DNA of 64,000 bases from Eubacterium sp. (GTDB taxonomy: Bacteria; Bacillota; Clostridia; Lachnospirales; Lachnospiraceae), in assembly GCA_017433825.1 (NCBI GenBank), contig JAFRGL010000005.1, positions 58,797 through 122,796 on the forward strand. Direction: 5' to 3'. The notes under the pieces were generated by a model, which was given only the letters and a program-made list of their open reading frames with translations, was not told the DNA's origin and made no database searches. Each line of letters opens with the position of its first letter. Position 1 is the stretch's first letter. The position numbers were made by a program, and so were the translations under genes. Positions 30,522 through 39,278 of the stretch are shown piece after piece.

Positions 30522-30689
30522 ATGAAACTGCTGCATGTAACAATTCAGACTGATAAATTTGAGAAGGAAGTGGAATTCTACCGGGAGATTGCGGGCCTTG
30601 AAATCGTAAGGGACATGCGGCCTTCAGGAAGAAACATGGTGTTTCCCGCAAACGGGGATGGCGAAACCAAGATTGAAATGTTCGTGTGA
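30522..30689 (+). pseudogene. 55-codon N-terminal fragment of a VOC / glyoxalase-bleomycin-resistance-family gene
   Basis: Below the track length cut-off. ATG at 30522 after GGGAGG gives MKLLHVTIQTDKFEKEVEFYREIAGLEIVRDMRPSGRNMVFPANGDGETKIEMFV*. This matches the first beta-alpha-beta-beta-beta module of VOC proteins, which are normally about 120 aa. Confidence 0.4.
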
Positions 30690-30701
30690 GAAGGCGCAGA
30701 C

Positions 30702-31535
30702 ATGCTTCCGATTTGTATTTGTGCGGCGTTTCTTTATATTTGCCGGCTCCTGGCCATAAAGCCGGCGACATCACGGAAACAGAAGCTGTGGCCCTTTTCT
30801 TTAAAACCGGTGGCGCACCGGGGGCTTTTTTCAAACCCGGAAATACCCGAAAACTCCCTGCCGGCCTTTAAAAGGGCCGTGGATGCCGGTTTCCCCATTG
30901 AACTGGACGTGCAGCTGACCACGGATGACAGGCTGGTGGTTTTTCATGACAGCACGCTTAAAAGGGCCTGCGGGGACGAACGGAAGATCTTCGAGGTTCC
31001 TTTTGAAGAACTGCAGAAGCTTTCACTTTTCGGAACACAGGAGAAAATACCGCTGTTTTCGGAAGCTTTGGAAGTTATCGGCGGTAAAGTGCCGCTGGTG
31101 ATGGAGATAAAGCCGGACGGACGGTATGAGGAAACCGCAAGGCTTGCAAGTGAAATGCTCAAAAGCTATAACGGGACAGTCTGTCTGGAGTCTTTTAATC
31201 CGAAGGTCCTGGCCTGGTACCGCAAAAATGACCCGGAGATGCCAAGGGGGCTTCTGGCTACCGACTTTTTCAAAGAAGAAAACGACCAGAAGGGATTCGT
31301 GAAATTCCTCCTGACCGGCCTGTTTTTGAACTTCCTGGCCGGGCCGGATTTTATTTCCTACAATTATCATTTCCGTAAGAACCTTTCCTTCCGCCTGTGC
31401 AAAGTGCTTTACAGGCCGGCAACCGCCGCATGGACCATTAAGAGTGAAAAGGAAAGACGGGAAGCGGGAAAAGAATTTGACATCATTATCTTTGACAGTT
31501 TTATGCCTGAAATCCCGGAAGGAGACCAGCAATGA
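30702..31535 (+). CDS. glycerophosphodiester phosphodiesterase family protein with N-terminal TM segment
   Basis: AHRGLF..PENSLPAFKRAVDAGFPIELDVQLTTDDRLVVFHD is the GDPD signature. Confidence 0.85.
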   Translation: MLPICICAAFLYICRLLAIKPATSRKQKLWPFSLKPVAHRGLFSNPEIPENSLPAFKRAVDAGFPIELDVQLTTDDRLVVFHDSTLKRACGDERKIFEVPFEELQKLSLFGTQEKIPLFSEALEVIGGKVPLVMEIKPDGRYEETARLASEMLKSYNGTVCLESFNPKVLAWYRKNDPEMPRGLLATDFFKEENDQKGFVKFLLTGLFLNFLAGPDFISYNYHFRKNLSFRLCKVLYRPATAAWTIKSEKERREAGKEFDIIIFDSFMPEIPEGDQQ

Positions 31536-33076
31536 AACAGCAGGAGAAGATAAAAAAAGGAACCTTCACCTTCGCCGACGGTCCCAGACAGCAGGACAGG
31601 ACCGGTACATATTATTACAGCGACGATTATTTCAGGCGGAATGCCGCCATATTGAACCCGCACCTGCGCACCATGTCTTATGCGCTCTGCATGGCCTGCT
31701 TTCCTTCCATGGAGGCGGAAAACTACGACCGGGTTTACCGGAACGCGGAAAAGCTGCTCGGCGAACTGGGCTTTACGGATTTTACCCCGAATGAAGACTA
31801 CAAAAAGAAACCCTCGGCGGATACACTGGGGATTCTGGCGGCCCACAAGGTAATCCGGGACGGAGATGAGGATTATTCCCTGATTGTCATAGGCCTTCGC
31901 GGTGCGGGATACGGCGATGAATGGGCCTCCAATCTGGTGCTGGGTGAAAAAGGGTCCGCGGAAGGCTTTGAGAAATGCATGGTTTACGCAGATTCTTTCC
32001 TGTGCCGGTATCTGGAGGATATGGAAGACAGGCTGCAGCGCAGGGTAAAATACTGGATTACCGGCTTTTCCAGGGTGGCTGCGGTGAGCAATCTTTTAGG
32101 CGCCAGGATTGACCGGTACGCGCCGGCCTATCGTACGGAAACGGGAGATATTTACGTCTATACCTTTGAAGCGCCCGCAGCGGCCTCCAAGGACGACAGG
32201 CGGCCGTTTCCCTCTATTCACAATACGGTAAATCCCCATGACCTGGTGCCGCGGCTGGCTCCTTCCGTGTGGGGATTCCGGCGCTACGGCACGGACGATA
32301 CGGTATTTCCGGACATCCATTCCGAGGAATACCTGGATAAAATCGGGGAAGTGCAGGAGAGGGTGAAGGCCCTGAATCCCACGCTGCATTACGATCCGGA
32401 GGAATTTAAGACCACTTACCGCAAAGGGAAACAGTTCCTGCCGGTGAAAGACGTGCAGGGGGAGAAAAGGAAAAAGTTCGACGAATGGTGGTATCATGCC
32501 CGTCAGGATGAATTTCTGGAACGGTTCATGGATTTCATCGGGAAAAGGATTTCCCACCAGGAGGACGGGGACGATCCTACAGACCGGGAACGCCGGGTGC
32601 GGTTCGCAAAAAGCTACCAGAGCGCCTTTTCCGCCGTTGCGAAAACGTATCTGGGCGGAACGGCAGAAGAGCGCTCAGCCATGCTTTCCGCGGTGAAAAC
32701 CATTTACGAAGAGGATCTGCCCACCAGCAGGCTTGCCTACCTTCTGTTCAAACTCTGGCAGAACAGGGAGTTCAGCTACAGGCAGGTGGGGATTTACATC
32801 AAGGCGATCGTACACAGAAGGCTGGATAAAACGCCGGAGGCAGGCCTGGACAGCCAGGCGGTTTCCGAATTCTTCAATGCAGTTGAGAATTTGCTGTATT
32901 ATGCCGTCAAATGCCTTTCCTACGACGTAAGAAGACATCATTTTTCCTATTTTACGACACTTCTGACCAACGCACACCGGATTGCCATGGGGCATTATCC
33001 GGAGGTGATCATGGCCTGGCTGCAGACCCTGGACGATTATTACCATCTGGATATGACGGGCAGGCTGGAAATGTGA
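31532..33076 (+). CDS. hypothetical protein, possibly a lipase-like alpha/beta hydrolase
   Basis: 514 aa. Its start overlaps the GDPD stop (ATGA). YWITGFSRVAAVSNLLG resembles a G-x-S-x nucleophile elbow following a beta strand (LIVIGLRGAG). Weak, pattern only. Confidence 0.4.
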   Translation: MKQQEKIKKGTFTFADGPRQQDRTGTYYYSDDYFRRNAAILNPHLRTMSYALCMACFPSMEAENYDRVYRNAEKLLGELGFTDFTPNEDYKKKPSADTLGILAAHKVIRDGDEDYSLIVIGLRGAGYGDEWASNLVLGEKGSAEGFEKCMVYADSFLCRYLEDMEDRLQRRVKYWITGFSRVAAVSNLLGARIDRYAPAYRTETGDIYVYTFEAPAAASKDDRRPFPSIHNTVNPHDLVPRLAPSVWGFRRYGTDDTVFPDIHSEEYLDKIGEVQERVKALNPTLHYDPEEFKTTYRKGKQFLPVKDVQGEKRKKFDEWWYHARQDEFLERFMDFIGKRISHQEDGDDPTDRERRVRFAKSYQSAFSAVAKTYLGGTAEERSAMLSAVKTIYEEDLPTSRLAYLLFKLWQNREFSYRQVGIYIKAIVHRRLDKTPEAGLDSQAVSEFFNAVENLLYYAVKCLSYDVRRHHFSYFTTLLTNAHRIAMGHYPEVIMAWLQTLDDYYHLDMTGRLEM

Positions 33077-33098
33077 GATAAAGTGCCGGAAATATAAG

Positions 33099-33133
33099 AG
33101 GGACGGTCCTGTTTGAAGGAACCGTCCCTTTTC
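33099..33133 (+). terminator. intrinsic terminator
   Basis: GGGACGGT-CCTGTTTGAAGGA-ACCGTCCC followed by TTTTC. Confidence 0.6.
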
Positions 33134-33139
33134 ATAATC

Positions 33140-33589
33140 TTATTTATGGTATTTTTCATTGGCGTTTATCTTGAATGCCCGGTAAAGCTGTTCCAGAAGG
33201 ATTACCCGCATAAGCTGGTGGGGAAAGGTGAAATCCGAAAAGGAGAGCCTTATGCCTGCGGCTTTCCGGACCGTATCGTCATATCCGTCCGAGCCGCCGA
33301 TGATAAAACAGATGTCCGGCCGGCCGGAAAGGGCAAGGCCGGATATTTCTTTTGCAAAATCCACGGAAGAAAACCGCCTGCCTGTGATATCCAGGGCGAT
33401 GACCGTGGCATTTTTGGGTATTTTAGCTAAAATCCGGCTGCTTTCTTCATGCACATCGTCTGACCGGCTTTCGGGCAGTTCAAGGATATTCATTTTCGCG
33501 AACCGGGACAGGCGCTTCAGGTATTCGGCCTGCGCGTCCTTCCAGTATTTCTCTTTCAAAGTCCCGATGCACACGACGGTGATGTTCAT
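33140..33589 (-). CDS. rlmH: 23S rRNA (pseudouridine1915-N3)-methyltransferase RlmH (SPOUT)
   Basis: MNITVVCIGTLKEKYWKDAQAEYLKRL..., IIGGSDGY..., LSFSDFTFPHQLMRVILLEQLYRA. 149 aa. Confidence 0.9.
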   Translation of the reverse strand: MNITVVCIGTLKEKYWKDAQAEYLKRLSRFAKMNILELPESRSDDVHEESSRILAKIPKNATVIALDITGRRFSSVDFAKEISGLALSGRPDICFIIGGSDGYDDTVRKAAGIRLSFSDFTFPHQLMRVILLEQLYRAFKINANEKYHK

Positions 33590-33731
33590 AAAAAAGCCTC
33601 CCTTTTGATGGTTTACGGCTTATATTGTACGCGGCCCTGCGGCAAAATGCAACGCTGCGCTGCTTGCTTTTTACCGGCCTTGCGTTTATGCTTATGATAC
33701 CTGAAAAATGATGCCAAGCGAGGTTGCAGTC

Positions 33732-34550
33732 ATGGCTGAAATAATTGAAGTAAAGGATTTGTCCATACCTGAACTGGAGCTTTATGCTTCCCGTTCCGAA
33801 GTGAGGCTGTACCGGTATTACGAGCCTCTTCCGGGGCTTTTCTCAGCGGAAAGCTGCAAGGTTATCCGCCGGGCGCTGGACGCGGGATACGAGCCCGTCT
33901 CTTTCCTTTTTGAGAAAAATGTGTTCGAAAAAGAGGGAAAAACACTTGCTGCTGATTATCCGCAGGCGCCGATTTACGTTACGGACGAGACGGTGATGAA
34001 GGAAATCACCGGTTACAAGCTGACGGGCGGGGCCTTAAGCCTGATGAAAAGGAGGAAGCTTCCCTCCCTTCCTGAAATCATTGCCGGCAAAAGGAGAATT
34101 GCAGTGCTGGAGGATGTGGAGAATCCCGCCAATGTAGGAGCCATCATCCGTTCCGCCGCCGCGCTGGGCATGGAAGCGGTCATCCTTACGAAAAGCTGCG
34201 CGGACCCTTTGTACCGCAGGTCGGCCAGGGTCAGCATGGGCAACGTATTCCTGGTGCCCTGGACCATGGCGGAAGATTCCGCGCATATTCTTTCAGCGCT
34301 TCACGAAGAGGGCTTTTACTGCCTGGCCATGGCTTTGCGTGAAGATTCCGTATCCCCCGCTGACGAAATAATAAGAAGGCAGGAAAAAACCGCCGTTTTC
34401 CTCGGCGCGGAAGGGGAAGGACTGACGGAAGAGACGATTGCGTCCTGCGACAGTACCGTGATGATTCCCATGTACCGGGGCGTGGATTCCCTGAATGTGG
34501 CGGCAGCCTCCGCTGTCATTTTCTGGGAAATCTGCAGAAAACAGGGATAA
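33732..34550 (+). CDS. TrmH/SpoU-family RNA 2'-O-methyltransferase
   Basis: SPOUT motifs LEDVENPANVGAIIRSAAALG, FLGAEGEGL, IPMYRGVDSLNVAAASAV. The start is probably the ATG at 33732, in frame with track ORF 33708. Confidence 0.85.
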   Translation: MAEIIEVKDLSIPELELYASRSEVRLYRYYEPLPGLFSAESCKVIRRALDAGYEPVSFLFEKNVFEKEGKTLAADYPQAPIYVTDETVMKEITGYKLTGGALSLMKRRKLPSLPEIIAGKRRIAVLEDVENPANVGAIIRSAAALGMEAVILTKSCADPLYRRSARVSMGNVFLVPWTMAEDSAHILSALHEEGFYCLAMALREDSVSPADEIIRRQEKTAVFLGAEGEGLTEETIASCDSTVMIPMYRGVDSLNVAAASAVIFWEICRKQG

Positions 34551-34672
34551 AATGCCCGGATTTCCTGAATATCCTTTTTCAGCATATATTTCCATGGTTT
34601 TCAATAGAGATATAATATTGCTGTTATGAATATTATGTGGTATGCTGTTGAAAAACTATAAGGAGGCTGTCT

Positions 34673-35167
34673 ATGGATGACACAAGGATATTCCGGGTGA
34701 TTGCGAATTACCGGGAACTGATGAAGAAGAACAAAAAGAGTATCGAATACCTGCTGGAGATGCTGCATTCCGGCAGGCATGACGAGGGACTGGTGCGGCA
34801 GGCCACCTTCCGGCAGGGCACCGCGTCCGCAAAGACACAGCCCTCCGGGGTTGCGGACCTTTCCGATACCTTAAGCCGATACGAGAAGCTGAAGGAATCG
34901 GAGACGGAGCTGACGCTCAATATGCTGAACCGGCTTTTTGAAGAGCGGCAGGAAATGAGCCGCATCTATGTCTGTTTCCAGGTGCTGCCGGAGCCTTATA
35001 AAAGCGTGCTGTCCGGCATCTATGTTTCCGGCCGGACGGTGGCCGAGGTGGGGGATGAACTGCACCGATCCCGCAAAAGCATCGAGGAATACCGCAAAAA
35101 AGGGGCGGAACTTATCCGGAAGAACTATAACAGCGCCCTTTCCAACGAAGAGCTTCTGATTTCCTGA
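34673..35167 (+). CDS. small sigma-70 region-4-like HTH protein (ArpU/RinA/DUF1492-type phage late-gene-activator-like)
   Basis: 164 aa. C-terminal LPEPYKSVLSGIYVSGRTVAEVGDELHRSRKSIEEYRKKGAELI looks like sigma region 4. There is no region 2. Confidence 0.5.
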   Translation: MDDTRIFRVIANYRELMKKNKKSIEYLLEMLHSGRHDEGLVRQATFRQGTASAKTQPSGVADLSDTLSRYEKLKESETELTLNMLNRLFEERQEMSRIYVCFQVLPEPYKSVLSGIYVSGRTVAEVGDELHRSRKSIEEYRKKGAELIRKNYNSALSNEELLIS

Positions 35168-35500
35168 AACTTCCCAAAGTTTTCATTTCTGCTTAAAGAT
35201 ATCTGTATTTTGTATTGAACAGGATCCGGCCGGGTGTTATAGTACACTTGAAAAGCTGAGCCGGACATCCCGGCTTTTCTTATTTCTTCAGGCCTGTCAT
35301 CATCACATTTTTCCCTGCATTTTACCGGAAAACAAAGAATTTTATTTTATATTAAAAGGCTTTGATTTTTGGTCAAAAAATACTTAATTTACAACGAAAT
35401 ATATTTCATTTAAAATAAGATCAGCACAGCCGATGAGAATAAAAGGCTTCTTTCTGGCACAAAAAGGAGGAGCCCGGGGCTTTGCCGCGGGCAAAAAGAA

Positions 35501-35701
35501 ATGGCAGCAGACGAAGAATTCAGGCTGACATGGGCAGCTGCACGGGTGAACAGAGGTTATACGCAGGATGAGGCCTGCAGGCTTATGGGGATTACAAAAC
35601 CGACACTGATCAACTGGGAGAAGGGGGCTACCGAACCGCGGTTTTCCCAGGCCCAGCGTCTTGCCAGACTATATAAAGTGTCTCTGGATCTCATAAAATG
35701 A
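35501..35701 (+). CDS. XRE-family (Cro/C1-type) HTH transcriptional regulator
   Basis: 66 aa. RGYTQDEACRLMGITKPTLINWEKGATEP is the HTH_3 pattern. Confidence 0.8.
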   Translation: MAADEEFRLTWAAARVNRGYTQDEACRLMGITKPTLINWEKGATEPRFSQAQRLARLYKVSLDLIK

Positions 35702-35755
35702 AAAATAATCTTTACAATTTATTGCGGAAAATGTTAATATGTTAACACAAAAGTA

Positions 35756-35786
35756 ATACAGCTCATTATGAGCTGTATTTTTCTTT
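35756..35786 (+). terminator. intrinsic terminator between the XRE gene and the Bsp-repeat gene
   Basis: ATACAGCTC-ATTAT-GAGCTGTAT followed by TTTTCTTT. It lies inside the 5' extension of track ORF 35768, supporting the downstream start at 35828. Confidence 0.6.
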
Positions 35787-35827
35787 CCAAACAGTCTGAT
35801 TCGGCTTTATGCCGGGAAAGAGGAAAT

Positions 35828-38566
35828 ATGAGAAAGACAGCAGGAATAAAAAAGACGGCGGCACTGATTCTCGCGGCGGTACTTGCACTGCCGGCGGGTA
35901 CGTTTGCGGTATCGGCTGATGAAGATACGCAGACCGAGAATGAGGCATCGTTTAAAACAGCCGCGCCGTCTGTTTTTGCCGAGGATGTTTCCGGCGATGA
36001 GAGCGCCTTCCGGCTGAAGCTTGACAACTACGGGGCGGATAACGCAGGCAGCCTTCGCGCCGGTGTCTGGAGTGATGAAAACGGCCAGGATGACCTGGTC
36101 TGGTACGGCATGTCTGAAGCGGAAGGCTCCTATACCTGCATGATAGAAATCTCGAACCACAGTTCTGCCGGACGGTACAGTGCTGATATCTGGGATTTTT
36201 CCGGATCTCCCTCTTACGTGGCAGGAACCTCCTTTACGGTGACCAGTATTCCCCGGCCTTCCTATGCACTGGAGGATGAGAACGCGGCGGCAGGCACCTT
36301 CCGGATAACGGTTTCCGGACTGAATACCCGAGCGGTTTCCCAGGTACGGATTCCCACCTGGTGCGCATCCGACCAGTCGGACATTGTGTGGTATACGGCA
36401 CAGCAGTCCGGCGGCACGTATTATGTGGATGCGGATATCGCATCCCATGCAAACCACAGGGGGAGATATACATCACATATTTACGTGTTTTACAATAACG
36501 GACAAACCGAGGTCTTAGGCGGCCTGTATGCGGACATGTCCGAACCGGAAAACAAGCCGGAATTTTCTTCGGAGGGCGTCACCGCCGAAGCGGACCCTGT
36601 TTCCGGTGAGTTCACGCTGACCGTGGCGGCGCCTTCCGCCACATACGGCATCGGACGGCTGCGGATAGCGGTCTGGACGGCTGCGGACGGCCAGGATGAC
36701 CTTATCTGGTACACGGCTGAGAAGAGCGCGGACGGCAGTTATGTGGTGAAAAGCAGTATTTCCGCCCACAACGATGAGGAAGGAAAATACAACTGCCATG
36801 CCTACATTACCGACACGAAAGGCAATACGGGCTTTTGCGGCGCGGCGGAGATGACCGTCACTCTGGAAGAGGAACAGGAGAGTTCCGAAAAGGGCTTCCG
36901 GCTTGAGGATGAGAACGCAGCGGCAGGCACCTTCCGGATAACGGTTTCCGGACTGAACACCCGCACGGTTTCCCAGGTGCGGATTCCCACCTGGTGCGCT
37001 TCCGACCAGTCGGATATCGTGTGGTATACGGCACAGCAGTCCGGCGGAACCTACTATGTGGACGTGGATATCGCCTCCCATGCAAACCACAGGGGAAGAT
37101 ATACATCCCATATTTACGTTTATTACAATAACGGCAAAACGGAAGTCTTAGGCGGCCTGTACGCGGACATGACCGAACCGGACAACAGGCCCGAGTTTTC
37201 TTCCGAAGGCGTTACCGCCGAAGCGGATCCGGTTTCCGGTGAGTTCATACTGACTGTGGCAGCACCTTCCGCCTCATTCGGAATAGAACGCCTGCGGATA
37301 GCGGTCTGGACGGCAGCAGACGGCCAGGATGACCTTATCTGGTATACGGCAGAAGAGACTGAAGACGGCAGTTATGTGGTAAACAGCAGCATTTCCGCCC
37401 ACAACGGGGAGGAAGGAAAATACAACTGCCATGCCTACATTACCGATAAGAAAGGCAATGCCGGCTTTTGCGGCGCAGCGGAAATGAACATTGTGCTGGA
37501 GGAGAACCCTGACGAAGTCTTCCTGCTGGAGGACGTAACAGAAGGCGGTCTGTCCCAGATAGATTACCGGATTGTGGTTCCCGCAAAGAATTCATTCAGG
37601 CAGCTGCATGATTTCAGGGCTGCGGTATGGTCCGTGGAAAACGGCCAGGATGACCTGGTATGGTACCCCCTGGCAAAGCAGGGCAATGCCGGCTATATCG
37701 GAACCTTCTCCACGGCGGATCATAAATCCGCAGGGCGGTACTGTGCGGATGTCTATGCTCTCAACAGCACGGGTTCCCATGTATTTATTCACAGCTTTTC
37801 CTTTGAAGTGGATGGTATATCCCCCTCTGTACTTGCTGCGGAATGTGATGAGAACGGCAATATTTCCGTGGCTGTTACCGGCCTGGACTGCCCCTCCGGC
37901 ATTACCCTGGTGCGGGCGGCCGTATGGTCGTCGGCCAACGGCCAGGATGATATTGAATGGCTCAAGCTGGAGCTTGATGAAGAAGGCGCCTATGCCGGAC
38001 AGACCTCCGTAACGAAGCACCGTTACAATACGGGAAACTATCTGATTCATGTGTATGCGGACAACGGCGCGGGCATACGCGGCTTTACCTGCGGTTCAGA
38101 GCTGGAGGCTTTCTTTACCTTTGATTCCGACTCCCTGGCCATGCAGGAAGCGGCCATGAAGCTGGACGAGATAGGCTGGGATCTCAGATCCGCATACAAC
38201 TGGGCTGTGGGCATCATCTACACCAGCAATCCGGGACTGCCCGAAGCGATACCGGAAGGCCGGTCACACCTTGAAACCTATGCCACCTACGGCTTTGAGC
38301 ACGGTGACGGCATCTGCTATGTTTACGGCGCGGTTATGACCTGCATGGCAAGGGCATTGGGCTATGATGCCTACTTTGTCGAAGGCCAGGTACGTTACAG
38401 GGACGGCAGCTTCGGCCCCCACGGCTGGTGTGAGATTGACATCGACGGCACCACCTACGTCTACGACGCGGAGTTCCAGCACAGTTATCCCGACCGGAAC
38501 GGCTTTGGATTTACCTACGGTACGTCCGGAACCTGGAAATACGCCAACTGGCATCGGGTGGAGTAA
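35828..38566 (+). CDS. secreted protein: signal peptide, 7 GBS-Bsp-like repeats, C-terminal transglutaminase-like (papain-fold Cys-His-Asp) domain
   Basis: Start MRKTAGIKKTAALILAAVLALPAGTFAVSADE. Seven repeats follow the pattern xVW(S/T)xxNGQDDLxWY...G.Y...I..H...G.Y..H.Y. The C-terminus carries GDGICYVYGAVM (Cys), GPHGWCEI (His) and YVYDAE (Asp). Confidence 0.8.
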   Translation: MRKTAGIKKTAALILAAVLALPAGTFAVSADEDTQTENEASFKTAAPSVFAEDVSGDESAFRLKLDNYGADNAGSLRAGVWSDENGQDDLVWYGMSEAEGSYTCMIEISNHSSAGRYSADIWDFSGSPSYVAGTSFTVTSIPRPSYALEDENAAAGTFRITVSGLNTRAVSQVRIPTWCASDQSDIVWYTAQQSGGTYYVDADIASHANHRGRYTSHIYVFYNNGQTEVLGGLYADMSEPENKPEFSSEGVTAEADPVSGEFTLTVAAPSATYGIGRLRIAVWTAADGQDDLIWYTAEKSADGSYVVKSSISAHNDEEGKYNCHAYITDTKGNTGFCGAAEMTVTLEEEQESSEKGFRLEDENAAAGTFRITVSGLNTRTVSQVRIPTWCASDQSDIVWYTAQQSGGTYYVDVDIASHANHRGRYTSHIYVYYNNGKTEVLGGLYADMTEPDNRPEFSSEGVTAEADPVSGEFILTVAAPSASFGIERLRIAVWTAADGQDDLIWYTAEETEDGSYVVNSSISAHNGEEGKYNCHAYITDKKGNAGFCGAAEMNIVLEENPDEVFLLEDVTEGGLSQIDYRIVVPAKNSFRQLHDFRAAVWSVENGQDDLVWYPLAKQGNAGYIGTFSTADHKSAGRYCADVYALNSTGSHVFIHSFSFEVDGISPSVLAAECDENGNISVAVTGLDCPSGITLVRAAVWSSANGQDDIEWLKLELDEEGAYAGQTSVTKHRYNTGNYLIHVYADNGAGIRGFTCGSELEAFFTFDSDSLAMQEAAMKLDEIGWDLRSAYNWAVGIIYTSNPGLPEAIPEGRSHLETYATYGFEHGDGICYVYGAVMTCMARALGYDAYFVEGQVRYRDGSFGPHGWCEIDIDGTTYVYDAEFQHSYPDRNGFGFTYGTSGTWKYANWHRVE
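36269..37534 (+). repeat. intragenic tandem duplication, 2 x 633 bp (211 codons, two Bsp-like repeats each)
   Basis: The copy starting at 36269 (CTGGAGGATGAGAACGCGGCGGCAGGCACCTTCCGG...) recurs at 36902 (CTTGAGGATGAGAACGCAGCGGCAGGCACCTTCCGG...). The proteins read RLEDENAAAGTFRITVSGLNTR(A/T)VSQVRIPTWCASDQSDIVWYTAQQSGGTYYVD... in both. DNA identity is high by eye, with scattered substitutions. Confidence 0.9.
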
Positions 38567-38599
38567 CCGGGAACGGCATCTGGCTTTTATAAAAAACAC

Positions 38600-38631
38600 A
38601 CGGACGGCAGTAAGTTCTGCCGTCCGTTTTG
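38600..38631 (+). terminator. intrinsic terminator after the Bsp-repeat gene
   Basis: ACGGACGGCAG-TAAGTT-CTGCCGTCCGT followed by TTTT. Confidence 0.8.
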
Positions 38632-38683
38632 CATAGAAAGGGGAAGCATAAGCCTGAACGGGAAGAGAGAGAAGGAAGGGCTT

Positions 38684-39199
38684 ATGAGCAAGAACAAACC
38701 AGTATGGAGGTTTCCGGCGATTATCCTGACTGCAGCGCTTATGGCGCCGGGCCTGGTGAACGTTTCCCGGGCAAATGCTTTTTTTGCCGATGCGGACAGC
38801 GCGGTAAACAACCTGGGCTTCGGCATCAACACCATTGTGCCGGAGGAGGAGTTTGAAGAACCGGAACCGGGACAGGAAACCTGCAAAAATCCAAAGGCTG
38901 TCAACACGGGAAGCGTTCCCTGCTATGTGAGGGCAAAGGTATTCCTGTCCGATTCCCGCATTGCGCTGGACTATGAGGATTATCTCAATACCGGTGCCTG
39001 GCGGAAGGAGGACGGATGGTATTATTATAACGGCATTCTTCAGCCGGGGGAGACAACCCCGGCTCTTTTTGACCGGATTTTACTGATGGAGGATATACCG
39101 GAAGAGGTGCAGGAGGCACAGCTGAACGTCGTTTTCGCCTCTGTACAGTCAGAAGGCTTTGATGACGCTGCCGGGGCTTTCGCGTCCCTGGCGCATTAA
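38684..39199 (+). CDS. TasA/CalY (camelysin, M73)-family protein with SipW-type signal peptide, paralog 1
   Basis: N-terminus ...LTAALMAPGLVNVSRANAFFADADSAVNNLGFG parallels the TasA-type A-x-A-(Y/F)F-x-D cleavage region. Body motifs KNPKAVNTGSVPCYVRAKV and DGWYYYNGILQPGETTPALF. Confidence 0.7.
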   Translation: MSKNKPVWRFPAIILTAALMAPGLVNVSRANAFFADADSAVNNLGFGINTIVPEEEFEEPEPGQETCKNPKAVNTGSVPCYVRAKVFLSDSRIALDYEDYLNTGAWRKEDGWYYYNGILQPGETTPALFDRILLMEDIPEEVQEAQLNVVFASVQSEGFDDAAGAFASLAH

Positions 39200-39278
39200 T
39201 TGGCAGTGAATTTCCCGGCCGGTCCGGTTCCGCCGGACCGCCTCAGTCATCCGTCTGTCTGGCCAGCAAGGAGAAAAA

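Noticed and set aside
30232-30834. 200-aa ORF on the - strand across folA, the VOC fragment and the GDPD gene start
   Set aside because: It is antisense to DHFR and spans two intergenic regions, with a Pro/Arg-rich translation.
34673-35701. Prophage or integrative element at the sigma-like/XRE genes
   Set aside because: No integrase, terminase, capsid, tail or lysis genes occur anywhere nearby, and the neighbouring genes are surface-structure and housekeeping genes. The two genes are therefore treated as isolated regulators.
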